In this document: one piece after another, positions 63,951 through 64,000 of the stretch | Layout of the letters: each line of letters opens with the position of its first letter | Position numbering within the stretch: position 1 is the first letter of the stretch | Assembly: GCA_900088475.1 (NCBI GenBank) | Contig: FLMG01003251.1 | Span: forward strand, 70,762-134,761 | DNA length: 64,000 nucleotides | Direction: 5' to 3' | From: Hyphochytrium catenoides | Taxonomy: Eukaryota > Protista > Hyphochytriomycota | The notes under the pieces: generated by a model | What the model was told of the DNA's origin: nothing | Databases searched by the model: none | Seen by the model: the letters and a program-made list of their open reading frames with translations, nothing else | Program-made: the position numbers and the translations under genes

Positions 63951-64000
63951 ATAAAATAAGTAGCAGGCCCGCTGTCGCGGTGCCGGGGGGCCCTTGGCCT

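Overview
Gene-dense, intron-rich eukaryotic nuclear DNA (GT-AG introns, many CT/GA microsatellites). Probably a protist or alga such as a stramenopile; this is an inference, but a Sec tRNA argues against land plants and most fungi. I reconstructed about 15 spliced housekeeping genes by eye: VPS13 (5' part, with a >=7.9-kb exon missed by the ORF track), an SLC35F6-like transporter, a PRMT10-type methyltransferase, an ankyrin+TPR protein, a CLC-6/7-type Cl-/H+ exchanger, an atypical membrane-anchored thioredoxin, an LLPH-like protein, PEX12, a double-RRM hnRNP/Musashi-like protein, GGTase-I beta, organellar MetAP1D, a very long coiled-coil protein, an AGFG-type ArfGAP, a Tim17-like membrane protein and CMC1. 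Two signals not shown by the ORF track stand out. (1) A complete 87-nt selenocysteine tRNA gene (anticodon UCA, 9/4 fold) at 52854-52940 (-), with an upstream TATA box and a T6 terminator. (2) A rearranged, defective hAT transposon at about 60.7-63.1 kb, whose transposase has an internal deletion plus an inverted duplication making a 103-bp, about 93%-paired hairpin, the architecture of natural transposon 'killer' small-RNA loci. Exon boundaries are manual and unverified by transcripts, and no database searches were run.
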